From an uncultured Pyrinomonadaceae bacterium (lineage in GTDB: Bacteria > Acidobacteriota > Blastocatellia > Pyrinomonadales > Pyrinomonadaceae), in contig CAXSFM010000001.1 of assembly GCA_964236735.1 (NCBI GenBank), forward strand, positions 122,015 through 186,014: a stretch of 64,000 bases of DNA, given 5' to 3'. Within the stretch, counting starts at the first letter, position 1, and each line of letters opens with the position of its first letter. This document shows, piece after piece, positions 30,900 to 40,203 of the stretch. Below the pieces are notes generated by a model. The model had not been told where the DNA came from. It saw only the letters and a program-made list of their open reading frames with translations, and made no database searches. Made by a program: the position numbers and the translations under genes.

Positions 30900-33101
30900 T
30901 TATTTGCCCGTCACCTTCGACCCGTTGGTTGACGCCGGAGGCTCGATGTTCAAACGCTCCTTGAACAAATTGAGCAGCAGGAGCGTGCCGATGTTGCCCG
31001 CGCCGTCGCCGCTGCCGCCAGATGCCATCACGTCGGGCGTGATGCGGACGTTTTTCTCGCCGATGACCTTCAAGGTTTCGACGAGCGCGACACCCTGCGC
31101 GCCGAGCGCGTTGACTTGCTCGTGGTACGCGACGCCCTGCGCTTCGCCCATCAGACGCACCTTCTCGGCTTCGGCCTTGCCGGTCGCGAGGATGTAATGC
31201 GCCTCGCCGTCGGCTTCCGCCTTGCGCTGCTCGCTCCGCTTACCGGCAATTTCGACGCCGACGTGCGCGGCCATCAATTCTTTCTGGATGTCGGCCTGAG
31301 CGCTGATTCTCGCCAGTTGAATGCGCTTCTCTTCCGCCTCGCGTTGCGCGTCATACATGTTTTGTCGCTGCTCCGCGAGAATTTTTTCGGTCTGCGTCTT
31401 CATCAATTCTTCCGGCAAATGAATGTGGCAGATGAGCACGTTGACGACATCAACGTGATACTTCAGCAAGTGCGCGCGGACGCGAGCCTCTGCGCGTTCC
31501 TGCTCTTCATGGCGATTTTGCAAATACGCCATCGCCGACGACTCGGACGCCTGATTGCGGAAGATGGAATCAATGAGCGGGTGCATCACGTTCTGGATGA
31601 GACGGTCAATGCCGCCGATCTTGGCGACCATGAAGGGCGCGTCCTCCGGCTTGACGCGGAAGACGACGCGCACTTCAAGTTGCATCGTGAAGCCATCTTT
31701 CGAGATGACCTCGAACGGGTTGAAAGTGTTGGCGACTTCGCCCGCCGTCCATTCAACCGTCTGGTTCGTCGTCGGGATGATGATCGGCGTCATCGCCAGC
31801 GTGTTGATGTAGTAGCGTCCGGGGCCGACGACCGTCTCCTGAATGCCGCGATAACCTTCGGGCACGACGTAAGCCTCGTGCGCGCCTTCATCGAGACGAC
31901 GGTCGGCGGGGTCTGTGGAGAGCAAGTCTTCTTGTATCTCGGCCATCGAGCGGCTTTCGTTGTCGAGCTTGTCGAGACGCGCCGACGCATCGGTGACGTG
32001 TTGCTGCTCTTGACGCTCCATCCTCGCGCGGACTTTGTTCGCCATCTGGCGGCGAATTTCTTCCGAAGGGTCTTTGCCGACGTTCGAGACGATGACAGCC
32101 ACTTCGCCCGGCTTCACTTCCTTCGCCATCTCCGGGATGACTTTGAAGACGAGCGGGTTGATGTAGTAAGTGCCGGGCAGCAGGATGTCTTTCTGCGGGC
32201 CGCGCTGGCCGCCGGCACGAATGAATTTATTGCTGTCCTGAAAATTGTCGTGGCCTTCGACCGGTGTCGCGACGTAATCGCGCGGGTCGAGCGGCGTTCC
32301 GTCGAGCGCCTCGACGAGTCCAATTTGATTTTCGTTAATCACCGTCGCGTCGTAAAAACGCAAAGTGAAGAGGCCGGGCTTGACCTCCGTCCCGCCTTCG
32401 AGCGGCGCGGACTGCGTCAGGATGCGATACGTGCCCGGCGTGAGGACTTCGACCTGCGGCCCCTTTTGCCCGCCGTTGGCGATGTATTGCTCCGCGTCCT
32501 GAAAGTTGCGGTGTCCTTCGATGGCTTTACCATGCAGGCGTCCGGCGTCGAGTTGGTCACCGTCGGCTGACATGACGATGCCGATCTTGCCCTGCGGAAT
32601 CACCGTCACCTTCGCCACCGAGACGCGAAACAGGTAAGGGTGAATCGGCCACAGACCGGGCGGCAGCGTGCGAAGTTGGATACCCTTGACGCCGCCGCGT
32701 TTGATGAAGGCGATGGGGTCTTGAAAGTTATTGTGCGCGTTCTGCGCGCGGTCGGGCGCGAAGATGCGACCGGGAGGCATCGGCTCGCCGTCAATCGCTT
32801 CGATGACGCCGAGTTCATCCGCGCCGATTTCGATGAGCGGCACTTTTCGCACGACGCGCTCGAACGGATACTTGATGAAATGCAGTCCGGGCTTAAGCAC
32901 GTCGGCCTGTATGCCGACTTCGCCTTCAGTCGCGACGACTCTGCCGGGAGGCATCTTCGCGCCGAAGTAGCGACGCTCTTTGATGGCGATCTCACGCGCG
33001 CCGACGTTGACGAGCACGCGGCTCAACACGACCGCGACGAAGATAAAAAGAATAATCCCGATGATTAGATATGGTGCAAAACTGACAACAGTTTCATTCA
33101 T
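30900..33101 (-). CDS. SPFH (band-7/flotillin-like) domain membrane protein with three tandem ~95-aa N-terminal modules
   Basis: N-terminal TM (YLIIGIILFIFVAVVL). Three repeats each contain H(D/R/N)NFQD...GG(Q/V)(K/R)G(P/I)Q motifs. C-terminal SPFH core plus an Ala/Glu/Lys-rich coiled coil typical of flotillins. Start set at MNETVV, preceded by GAGGGG. Confidence 0.75.
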   Translation of the reverse strand: MNETVVSFAPYLIIGIILFIFVAVVLSRVLVNVGAREIAIKERRYFGAKMPPGRVVATEGEVGIQADVLKPGLHFIKYPFERVVRKVPLIEIGADELGVIEAIDGEPMPPGRIFAPDRAQNAHNNFQDPIAFIKRGGVKGIQLRTLPPGLWPIHPYLFRVSVAKVTVIPQGKIGIVMSADGDQLDAGRLHGKAIEGHRNFQDAEQYIANGGQKGPQVEVLTPGTYRILTQSAPLEGGTEVKPGLFTLRFYDATVINENQIGLVEALDGTPLDPRDYVATPVEGHDNFQDSNKFIRAGGQRGPQKDILLPGTYYINPLVFKVIPEMAKEVKPGEVAVIVSNVGKDPSEEIRRQMANKVRARMERQEQQHVTDASARLDKLDNESRSMAEIQEDLLSTDPADRRLDEGAHEAYVVPEGYRGIQETVVGPGRYYINTLAMTPIIIPTTNQTVEWTAGEVANTFNPFEVISKDGFTMQLEVRVVFRVKPEDAPFMVAKIGGIDRLIQNVMHPLIDSIFRNQASESSAMAYLQNRHEEQERAEARVRAHLLKYHVDVVNVLICHIHLPEELMKTQTEKILAEQRQNMYDAQREAEEKRIQLARISAQADIQKELMAAHVGVEIAGKRSEQRKAEADGEAHYILATGKAEAEKVRLMGEAQGVAYHEQVNALGAQGVALVETLKVIGEKNVRITPDVMASGGSGDGAGNIGTLLLLNLFKERLNIEPPASTNGSKVTGK

Positions 33102-33109
33102 ATTTCCCC

Positions 33110-33844
33110 TCAATGTGAAGGCGGCGTCTGTGCGTCGGCTTCGTTGCTATGCGTTATTTCACGCGGCTTAGACGCGGCGATTTGGCGGCGTAGTCCGGCG
33201 AGTTTATCTCTCAGGATGAACCCCTCGCCGGAACGCCTCGCTTCGCCGGAGAGTAACCAGTGCTCGCTTTCAAAAAGCGCGTGCAATTGATCGGCTCGCA
33301 GTTGCGGCAAGCGTCCCTCTTTCCATAAATTGAAGACCGCGACGACGGCGCGCTGATACATCCCGGCATCGTCTGAGAGTGCGGCGATGCGGAGGAGGTC
33401 GGCGATTGAGATTTCTGCTGGTGACAACTCCCAATTCTCTAAGAGTCGTCCGGCGAGGAGAGGTGTGGAGCGTAACTCTTCGCCCTTTGTGATGCACGAG
33501 GACAGGTCGCGCACGGTGTCTGGACTTCCCGCGCCTCGCATAATCAGTGTATCAAGAATCTCTCGATAAAGGCTCGTGTCGCCGGTCAGGTGCGCGTCGC
33601 GCAAAACCGTGAGGTCTCCGGCGGCGGCGCGCGCACGAAGTTCCGACGCGCGTAATGAGTTTAAGTTTTGATGAATTGCTTCGTCATCTTCCGTCGTGCT
33701 GTCGAGAGGCGCATCAAACAATCCGCGACTTTGCGTCGGCAGCAACTCTCTGGCTTCGGCACGAGGCGACAGCCGTTTCGTGAGATAGATCGCGAAAAAA
33801 GCGGCGACGAGCAGGAAAATCGAAATGAGCAGGATGGAGATCAC
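33110..33844 (-). CDS. Hypothetical membrane-anchored protein (start uncertain)
   Basis: The track ORF's first ~135 codons run through the 33951-34125 repeat element. A GTG at 33844, preceded by GAAGG, immediately before a TM helix (ISILLISIFLLVAAFFAIYL) is proposed as the start. Confidence 0.3.
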   Translation of the reverse strand: MISILLISIFLLVAAFFAIYLTKRLSPRAEARELLPTQSRGLFDAPLDSTTEDDEAIHQNLNSLRASELRARAAAGDLTVLRDAHLTGDTSLYREILDTLIMRGAGSPDTVRDLSSCITKGEELRSTPLLAGRLLENWELSPAEISIADLLRIAALSDDAGMYQRAVVAVFNLWKEGRLPQLRADQLHALFESEHWLLSGEARRSGEGFILRDKLAGLRRQIAASKPREITHSNEADAQTPPSH

Positions 33845-33950
33845 GGTATGCGCCTTCGACACCACGCGACAACTTCGCTCCGGCTTGATTTGCTTTGTGC
33901 CGCCTGACACTGGTGTATGGCAACATATAATACGTGGCGCGTTTCTGAAA

Positions 33951-34125
33951 GTTCTAGAGCGGTTTGCGAATGAGTGCGACATGAGAGAAAGACTTTTCAC
34001 CACAGAGGACTCAGAGAGACACAGAGAAAAGAGCGGAGGTTTGATTGTCCTCTCTGGTCTGCCTCTGTGCCCCTCTGAGTCCTCTGTGGTTAATCTCCGG
34101 TCACATTCATTTGCAACCCGCAGTA
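33951..34125 (+). repeat. 175-bp structured repeat element, copy 1 (MITE-like or small-RNA-like)
   Basis: Shares the 5' block (t)agcggtt.gcga.tgagtgcgacatgagagaaaga.ttttcaccacagaggac and the 3' block cctctgtggt.aat.tc..g..cattcatttgcaacccgcagta with copy 2 at 43577-43751. Has an internal long hairpin. Confidence 0.7.
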
Positions 34126-34455
34126 GCCGCTCCCTGTCGTGCAGAATAATGATTGGAAAACTGCTCACGACTTTGAGATTGTGGAAATTAACGCGCACGA
34201 TATAGTGCCGCGCCTGCACCATCTCGCATGAAGCGTCATCCTGTTTCAAAATCTTTCACGCAAACTTATCCGCACACTTCATCCTTAACTCGGCCTGTGC
34301 AAGCGAGGGCACGCGCTTTGCACTCGCGGCGTGTACCGGATCAAAGCCCTCGCCAGAGATTTCTCCCCGAAAACCTCGGTTGATCCACGCGCGTCTGCTT
34401 CGATTGCGTTTGTACGTCTCTTCGTCTCTAACATTTTTCAGGAGGGTCTGGCCCC

Positions 34456-36618
34456 ATGCGTCCACTCAAAACCTTTAGCTTGTTGTCTCTGATCTTCGCT
34501 TGTCTGTTGTTGCAGACGACGGCCCGCGCCGACGACACGGATGGAACGGATGGAAACGAATACGACGAGCACGCGCGCGTCATGCGCGTCAGCCTGCTCA
34601 AGGGCGAAGTCAGCCTCCAACGCTCCGGGAGTTTGGAATGGGAACACGCGAAGCTGAATCTTCCGCTCGTCGAAGGCGACACGCTCGCGACGGGTCAGGA
34701 CGCGCGTCTGGAACTTCAAATAGACGCGCGCAACTTCGTCCGCGTCGGCGAAAACTCCGTGCTCAAGGTGATCACGCTGCGCGATGAAGGCGTCGCACTC
34801 AGCCTCTCCGAAGGCACGGCGACGGTACGGCTCGCGCGTTTTGATCACGAGCACGAATACTTCGAGATTGACGCGCCCAAGACGACCATCGCCGCCGAGC
34901 AGCGCGGCCTCTATCGTCTCGACGTGGCGCGCGACGGAAGTGTCCGCGTCTCCGTCCGCGACGACGGGCGCGCGCGTCTCTATTCCGAAAGCTCCGGCTT
35001 CGTGCTGCGTAGCAACAAAACGGCGCGGCTCACTTATGCGGGCGATGCGGACGGCGATTGGGATTTGACTTCCGCCGCGTCTCTCGATGAATGGGACAAT
35101 TGGAACGACGAGCGCGAACGTGATCTCGCCTCGCGCCTGCATTACGAAGAGCGCGAACGCTACTACGATGCGGAAGTGTTCGGTGCGGAAGAACTCGACG
35201 CTTATGGCGACTGGGAGAACACGCGGCAATACGGCTACGTCTGGCGTCCGCGCATGGCCGTCATCAACAACTATAACGACTGGGCTCCGTATCGCTACGG
35301 GCATTGGAGTTGGTGTCCGCCGTATGGTTGGACTTGGGTCGCGGACGAGGAATGGGGCTGGGCGCCGTATCACTACGGACGCTGGATTTATTACAACAAC
35401 AATTGGTGCTGGGCGCCGCGCGGCTACGGTTACACGTATCATCATGCGTGGTGGCGTCCCGCGCTCGTCGCCTTCATCTATGTCCCGACATCCTTCGGCG
35501 AACACGTCGCGTGGTATCCGCTCACCTACGGCCAGCGCGACCCGCGCGGTCGTTATTATCCACGCGGTGATGACCGGCGCTGGCCGCAGCGTGGAAATGA
35601 AATCGGCAACTTTCACCGCACCCATCCCGCGTTCCTGCGCGCCGTCACGACCGCACGCGCGCGCGATTTCGGCGTTGACAGTTTACGCCCGCGCGCCGCG
35701 CCAACTGACATCGCGCAGAGAGCTTTAACTGGCGAGCCGGTGCGCGGTCGCCTCCCCATCTCGCCGACAGATGCGGGACGTGTCGCGACGCCGGGCATGG
35801 CTCCCGGAACTGGCCGCAACAATCCAACGGGCGCGCATAGAACTAACGCGGATGGGCGTGCCGGTCTGAACATCACACGTCCCGCGCCGGTTTTGCCGCC
35901 GCGCAATATCCCTCAACGTCCAACCGGCGCAGCCACCCGCGCGCCCGGCGTCGCGCTTGATGAACCGCTCAGGCGCGAGCGCATTTTCAACAATCGTGAG
36001 CCGCGTGCGCCATCGCCTTCGCGTGTCAACGGGGGCGAACGCACAAACGACGAAGGCATGGGAGCCGTCACGCGGCCTGCGGTGCGACCCGGCAGGCGTG
36101 CGCCGAATGATGGCGGCGGAACAGTCGAGAACCGGAACAACGATGGCTCCGCGCCATCCACGCGCACGCGCCCTGTAACTACTCCACCAACAACCAGCGT
36201 TGACGGCAGTGCGCGGGAAGATAAGAACGACAGGCCTGTGCATACGCCCGGATCGCGTGATCGCGACGATGGCACTCTGCGAGTGCGCCCCGTCAGGCCG
36301 TTAAATGATGATCGCCCGGCATCACCGTCACCAACAATCAACGAGCGACCCGAACCGCGCGTGCGCCGGCCAGAGCCGGAGGAACGCGCGCAACCCCAGC
36401 CGCGACGTGAGGAGCCTCCTCCCGTCCGGCCTGAGCGGCACAGAGAGGAGCAAACACCCCCTCCTGCGCGCGAGCAACAACCGCCCGCGCGCGTGGAGCG
36501 TTCGTCACCTCCGCCCGAACGCACTGCTCCCTCTGCGCCGCAGCCCACACATCACGACGCGCCGCGCGAGCATCACGAACAAGTGAGGCCGCCCGCCGCG
36601 CGCGCGCAGCGCGACTAA
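34456..36618 (+). CDS. Secreted FecR-domain protein with Trp/Tyr-rich central domain and long Pro/Arg/Glu-rich C-terminal tail (DUF6600-like)
   Basis: Signal peptide (LLSLIFACLLLQTTARA). FecR-like beta region (GDTLATGQDARLELQID...VRVGENSVL). W/Y-rich block (YGYVWRPR...WGWAPYHYGRWIYYNNNWCWAP). ~330 aa of low-complexity P/R/E. Confidence 0.55.
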   Translation: MRPLKTFSLLSLIFACLLLQTTARADDTDGTDGNEYDEHARVMRVSLLKGEVSLQRSGSLEWEHAKLNLPLVEGDTLATGQDARLELQIDARNFVRVGENSVLKVITLRDEGVALSLSEGTATVRLARFDHEHEYFEIDAPKTTIAAEQRGLYRLDVARDGSVRVSVRDDGRARLYSESSGFVLRSNKTARLTYAGDADGDWDLTSAASLDEWDNWNDERERDLASRLHYEERERYYDAEVFGAEELDAYGDWENTRQYGYVWRPRMAVINNYNDWAPYRYGHWSWCPPYGWTWVADEEWGWAPYHYGRWIYYNNNWCWAPRGYGYTYHHAWWRPALVAFIYVPTSFGEHVAWYPLTYGQRDPRGRYYPRGDDRRWPQRGNEIGNFHRTHPAFLRAVTTARARDFGVDSLRPRAAPTDIAQRALTGEPVRGRLPISPTDAGRVATPGMAPGTGRNNPTGAHRTNADGRAGLNITRPAPVLPPRNIPQRPTGAATRAPGVALDEPLRRERIFNNREPRAPSPSRVNGGERTNDEGMGAVTRPAVRPGRRAPNDGGGTVENRNNDGSAPSTRTRPVTTPPTTSVDGSAREDKNDRPVHTPGSRDRDDGTLRVRPVRPLNDDRPASPSPTINERPEPRVRRPEPEERAQPQPRREEPPPVRPERHREEQTPPPAREQQPPARVERSSPPPERTAPSAPQPTHHDAPREHHEQVRPPAARAQRD

Positions 36619-36843
36619 CAAACTTGAGAGCGTTAGAGGTTAAGTCCTGATCGTTCGTTTAATCACGTCCCCATCTTTCGTTTCGTCAACGCCGTGAGAT
36701 TGCGGCTGTCTCATGCTGTGTTCGTCTCCAACGCGCACGGGCGTTTGACACGCTTTCCGCTGGTTGCACCTGCACGGGACATCTGCTACATCAGCTTTCG
36801 TCTTTCTAATGTGCATTGAACGAGCGGGAGAGGTGAAGCGGCC

Positions 36844-37452
36844 ATGAGACGAAAACCATTTATCAATCTCGATCCTCTCAACGAGGACTCGCGCGAAATC
36901 AACGTCATCATCGAAACGCCCAAAGGCAGCCGCAACAAATTCAATTACGACGAAGAACTAGACATCTTCAAGCTCGCCGGTGTGCTGCCTGCCGGCGCGG
37001 TTTTCCCCTTCGATTTCGGTTTCGCGCCTTCGACGCAGGGCGGAGACGGCGACCCGTTAGACGTGCTCGTCCTGATGGATGAGCCAGCATTTACCGGATG
37101 CCTCGTGCCTTCGAGATTGCTCGGCGTGATCGTTGCGGAGCAGACCGAAAAGGATGGCGAGACGATGCGTAACGACCGTCTCATCGCCGTCGCGTCAAAA
37201 GCGCATCAGTATGCGGACGCGCGCACGCTCACAGACCTCGGCGAGAATCTCGTCGCGGAGATCGAGCATTTCTTCATCTCTTACAATGTGGCGAAGGGAA
37301 AAGAGTTCAAGCCGCTTGGGCGATTCGGGCCGCAGAAAGCGCGTCAACTTCTCGAAGAAGCCATCGCGGTTTTTCGCCGAGAGACATCGAAGACGAGCGG
37401 TAAGAAGAAACGCGCTGTCGTGAAAAGTTCAGCCGGAAAGAAGAAGCGTTAA
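36844..37452 (+). CDS. ppa: Inorganic pyrophosphatase (family I) with Lys-rich C-terminal tail
   Basis: IIETPKGSRNKFNYDEE, DGDPLDVLVL, soluble PPase fold. C-terminal KTSGKKKRAVVKSSAGKKKR extension. Confidence 0.9.
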   Translation: MRRKPFINLDPLNEDSREINVIIETPKGSRNKFNYDEELDIFKLAGVLPAGAVFPFDFGFAPSTQGGDGDPLDVLVLMDEPAFTGCLVPSRLLGVIVAEQTEKDGETMRNDRLIAVASKAHQYADARTLTDLGENLVAEIEHFFISYNVAKGKEFKPLGRFGPQKARQLLEEAIAVFRRETSKTSGKKKRAVVKSSAGKKKR

Positions 37453-37497
37453 GCTTGAAGTTAGTTGTGTTGATGAGTGAAGCGCGTGCTTCAACAA

Positions 37498-38103
37498 CTA
37501 CTGCGTCTCAGACCACATCCCGGCTTTTCTGTGTTCGCCGAGCATGTTGCAAAAAAGCGCGCCCTGCGAAAGCGCGTCGTCGAGCGCTTGATGCGTGTAG
37601 GGCAAATCGTCGAACCAGCGGCGCGGCATATTTCGTTTGACGGCGTCGAGGAAGTTGGTGTTGAGAATCGCCATCGCGAGCGTTTTGATGTCGAGCGCCC
37701 ACCAGCCGAAAGGATTCTCGCCCGTGAACTTGTTGAGATACCAGCAGACGTACATGAAATCGAACGCTGCCGGATACGCGACGAAGATCGGCTTTCCCGG
37801 CAGAGCCTTGATCCACGTCACATAATCGCGCATCGCCTGCTCCGGCGGCTGCACGTTCTTTCGGCACGCTTCCCACGCCTTCGGTTGCTGATTCTTCCAC
37901 CACGCCATCGTTTCAGGATGCCCCGTCGCCCCCGGCAGCGTTTCGAGGTTGACGGTGAAAGTCCCAAGCAAAGTCTTGTCGGCGCGATAGGCGGCGGAGC
38001 CGAGACTGAGCATCGAGTGTGGGCCGGGAATCGGCCCGTCGGTTTCCACATCAGTGCTCACATAAATTTCGACCATCGTATCTGTCCCCGAATTCGTAAA
38101 CAT
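37498..38103 (-). CDS. DEDDh-type 3'-5' exonuclease domain protein
   Basis: [11 protein letters not shown] (Exo I motif DxE), internal acidic motif, and [10 protein letters not shown] (Exo III H-x4-D). Confidence 0.5.
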   Translation of the reverse strand: MFTNSGTDTMVEIYVSTDVETDGPIPGPHSMLSLGSAAYRADKTLLGTFTVNLETLPGATGHPETMAWWKNQQPKAWEACRKNVQPPEQAMRDYVTWIKALPGKPIFVAYPAAFDFMYVCWYLNKFTGENPFGWWALDIKTLAMAILNTNFLDAVKRNMPRRWFDDLPYTHQALDDALSQGALFCNMLGEHRKAGMWSETQ

Positions 38104-38521
38104 ATCAATGCGTCCAAACTTTTATAGCATGAATGCCTCTCGATTTGTCCGTCAGGGTTGAATAACATCTGAATGTTGCTCGTTTAATCGTCAAGTGTCA
38201 TCACCCAGCCAAGCTGCCGCCAAACGAGAGTTTGAAGGGTTTCCCGGCATCGCTCAGAATCCACGCAACTTGCACAAATCCTTTTAATAGTGCATTATAG
38301 CTTCGTTATTCCCCTCTCTCGCGCATCAATGGTGATGCGCCCCGCGCTCCGAAGATAGCGGTGGCGTTTTTGTTAAGGTTCGAGAGTTGTTGGAAAGAAT
38401 TTCGCGGAAGTTGCTCTCTACAGAGAATATCCGAACCGGTGCTATCGCCATTATCGTTTCTCCGAAGATCAAAAATTTCGAGTAACATTCAACACTCCGC
38501 GCGCGGAGAGGAAAACTTTTT

Positions 38522-38842
38522 ATGAGCATGAAACTATACGTCGGCAACCTTTCGTTCCAGACATCCGCTGATGACTTGCAGGAATTTTTCGCGCAAGCCG
38601 GAACGGTCGTCTCATCCAACATCATCGAAGATCGTGAGACGGGTCGCTCGCGCGGCTTTGGCTTCGTCGAGATGTCCAGCAAAGAAGAGGGCGAGGCGGC
38701 GATTCAGCAATTCAACGGGAAAGACCTCAACGGTCGTAATCTGACGGTCAACGAAGCTCGCCCGCGCGAAGATCGTGGCGGCGGCGGCGGTGGTAATCGC
38801 GGCGATTATGGCGGCGGCGGTAATCGAGAGTCACGCTGGTAA
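38522..38842 (+). CDS. RRM-type glycine-rich RNA-binding protein
   Basis: RNP2 (LYVGNL) and RNP1 (RGFGFVEM) motifs with a GGGGGGNRGDYGGGGN C-terminal tail. Preceded by a ~400-nt leader. Confidence 0.9.
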   Translation: MSMKLYVGNLSFQTSADDLQEFFAQAGTVVSSNIIEDRETGRSRGFGFVEMSSKEEGEAAIQQFNGKDLNGRNLTVNEARPREDRGGGGGGNRGDYGGGGNRESRW

Positions 38843-38975
38843 TTGACGGCGCGTTTAAGTTTTCAAACCACCCCCTGGCAGAAATTAAGCCGCCGGGGGT
38901 TTCGCTTGAGAGCAATGCACTTGCTCACAGGCGACATGCGGAAATCAGAGCATTTTTTTCTGAGGAGATATTTGT

Positions 38976-39197
38976 TTGGCAAAAGAAGATTTAATCCCCG
39001 CCGAGGGAGTCATCGTGGACAAACTGCCCAACGCCTTTTTCAAGGTTAAGTTGGACGGCAGCCAGCATGTCGTGCTGGCACAGATTTCCGGCAAGATGCG
39101 TAAGAACTTTATCCGCATCCTGCCCGGTGATCGCGTCTCGGTCGAGTTGTCACCGTATGATTTGACCAGAGGCCGGATCACTTACAGATACAAATAA
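38976..39197 (+). CDS. infA: Translation initiation factor IF-1
   Basis: 73 aa with the canonical IF-1 S1-fold sequence ([53 protein letters not shown]). Confidence 0.95.
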   Translation: MAKEDLIPAEGVIVDKLPNAFFKVKLDGSQHVVLAQISGKMRKNFIRILPGDRVSVELSPYDLTRGRITYRYK

Positions 39198-39300
39198 CTC
39201 TGCCGTTAATGACGAGCAGCGACGGCAGTGAGACGTTTTAGTCAACCGCCAGCCGGCATCCTTTTGTGCGAGCGGCATCGAGATCGAAGGAGAGACAATT

Positions 39301-39714
39301 ATGGAGAAAGTTGTTACGGAGAAACCCACCTACGCCGTCGGTGATCGCGTAGAAAAGTTGTGCGCCGTCTGTGGCGAAGAGCGCGGGCATGTCGTCGCCA
39401 CCGTCACCAAGCAGGGGCGCATTTCTCGTGTCCAGTGTCCGCAATGCAGCACGCGCAGTTCTTTCAAAAGCACGAAGGGCAAGACCACGACTTCCAGCAC
39501 CGGCGCGAAAACCGGCTCCGCCTACGACCGCACGCGCACGTATCGCGTCGGCCAGTCCATGCTTCACGCGCAGTACGGTTACGGCGAGGTGACGGCGTTG
39601 ATCGAGCCGAAGAAGATTGACGTGCTTTTTGAGGATCGTATGCGCCGCCTGATTCACGCGCAGATGCCTGTCCAGAGCGAGGCATTGTCGGCGGCCAGCG
39701 CGTTGAAAGCTTAA
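39301..39714 (+). CDS. Hypothetical protein: N-terminal CxxC...CxxC zinc ribbon plus C-terminal small beta-domain (DUF3553-like pattern)
   Basis: CAVCGEERGH...CPQCSTRS, then YRVGQSMLHAQYGYGEVTAL. Located between infA and rpsU. Confidence 0.45.
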   Translation: MEKVVTEKPTYAVGDRVEKLCAVCGEERGHVVATVTKQGRISRVQCPQCSTRSSFKSTKGKTTTSSTGAKTGSAYDRTRTYRVGQSMLHAQYGYGEVTALIEPKKIDVLFEDRMRRLIHAQMPVQSEALSAASALKA

Positions 39715-39917
39715 GACTCAACCGGCTAACTTGCCATCAACTTTGAAGTCCGGCAAGGTAGCATTCGCATTTGATGCGACACACACATTTGAGAGGCAGG
39801 TGGTTGCCCTTTTATCGAATTTAGAAATTGAGTAAGTCCAACTAACGCATTCGCAAATTTTCGCGGGAGATAAAATGCCCGCGAGTTTCTTTGTCACGTT
39901 GAGAATGGAGAACAGAA

Positions 39918-40121
39918 ATGGCAGTCATCAATATTAATCAGGGCGAATCAATCGAGAGCGCGCTACGTCGCTTCAAGCGCAAGGTGATGTCGGAAGAGAT
40001 TATCAAGGACGCGAAGAAGCACGCCTTCTTCATGTCGAGCGGCCAGAAGGCCAAGCTCAAGTCCGCCCTCGCGCGCAAGCGTAACAAGCGCAAGGCACGC
40101 CCGCCGCGCCCGCGCACCTAA
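39918..40121 (+). CDS. rpsU: 30S ribosomal protein S21
   Basis: MAVININQGESIESALRRFKRKV... is canonical bS21, with a Lys/Arg-rich C-terminus. Confidence 0.9.
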   Translation: MAVININQGESIESALRRFKRKVMSEEIIKDAKKHAFFMSSGQKAKLKSALARKRNKRKARPPRPRT

Positions 40122-40143
40122 ATCGCTCGCTCGTGCAAAAATC

Positions 40144-40185
40144 AAAGAGGAGACCGTCTTAACGACCGTCTCCTCTTTTTTTGTT
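40144..40185 (+). terminator. Rho-independent terminator after rpsU
   Basis: aaagaggagaccgtc-ttaa-cgaccgtctcctcttt followed by ttttttt. Confidence 0.8.
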
Positions 40186-40203
40186 CGTGCGGTTGAGCAT
40201 CGC

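Noticed and set aside
31116-32570. 484-aa plus-strand ORF
   Set aside because: Antisense to the flotillin-like gene. No motifs, and Arg/Leu/Asp-rich artefact composition.
33845-34249. N-terminal 135 codons of track ORF 33110-34249, and track ORF 43531-43767
   Set aside because: Both are translations of the two copies of the 175-bp repeat element (shared 'RVANEC...LSLMSHS.ANR' peptide). Repeat-derived, not genes.
38104-38521. Possible ncRNA in the 400-nt region upstream of the RRM RNA-binding protein gene
   Set aside because: Small local hairpins only (e.g. gcgcatca-atgg-tgatgcgc). Consistent with the long regulatory 5' leaders typical of rbp genes. Nothing I can assign confidently.
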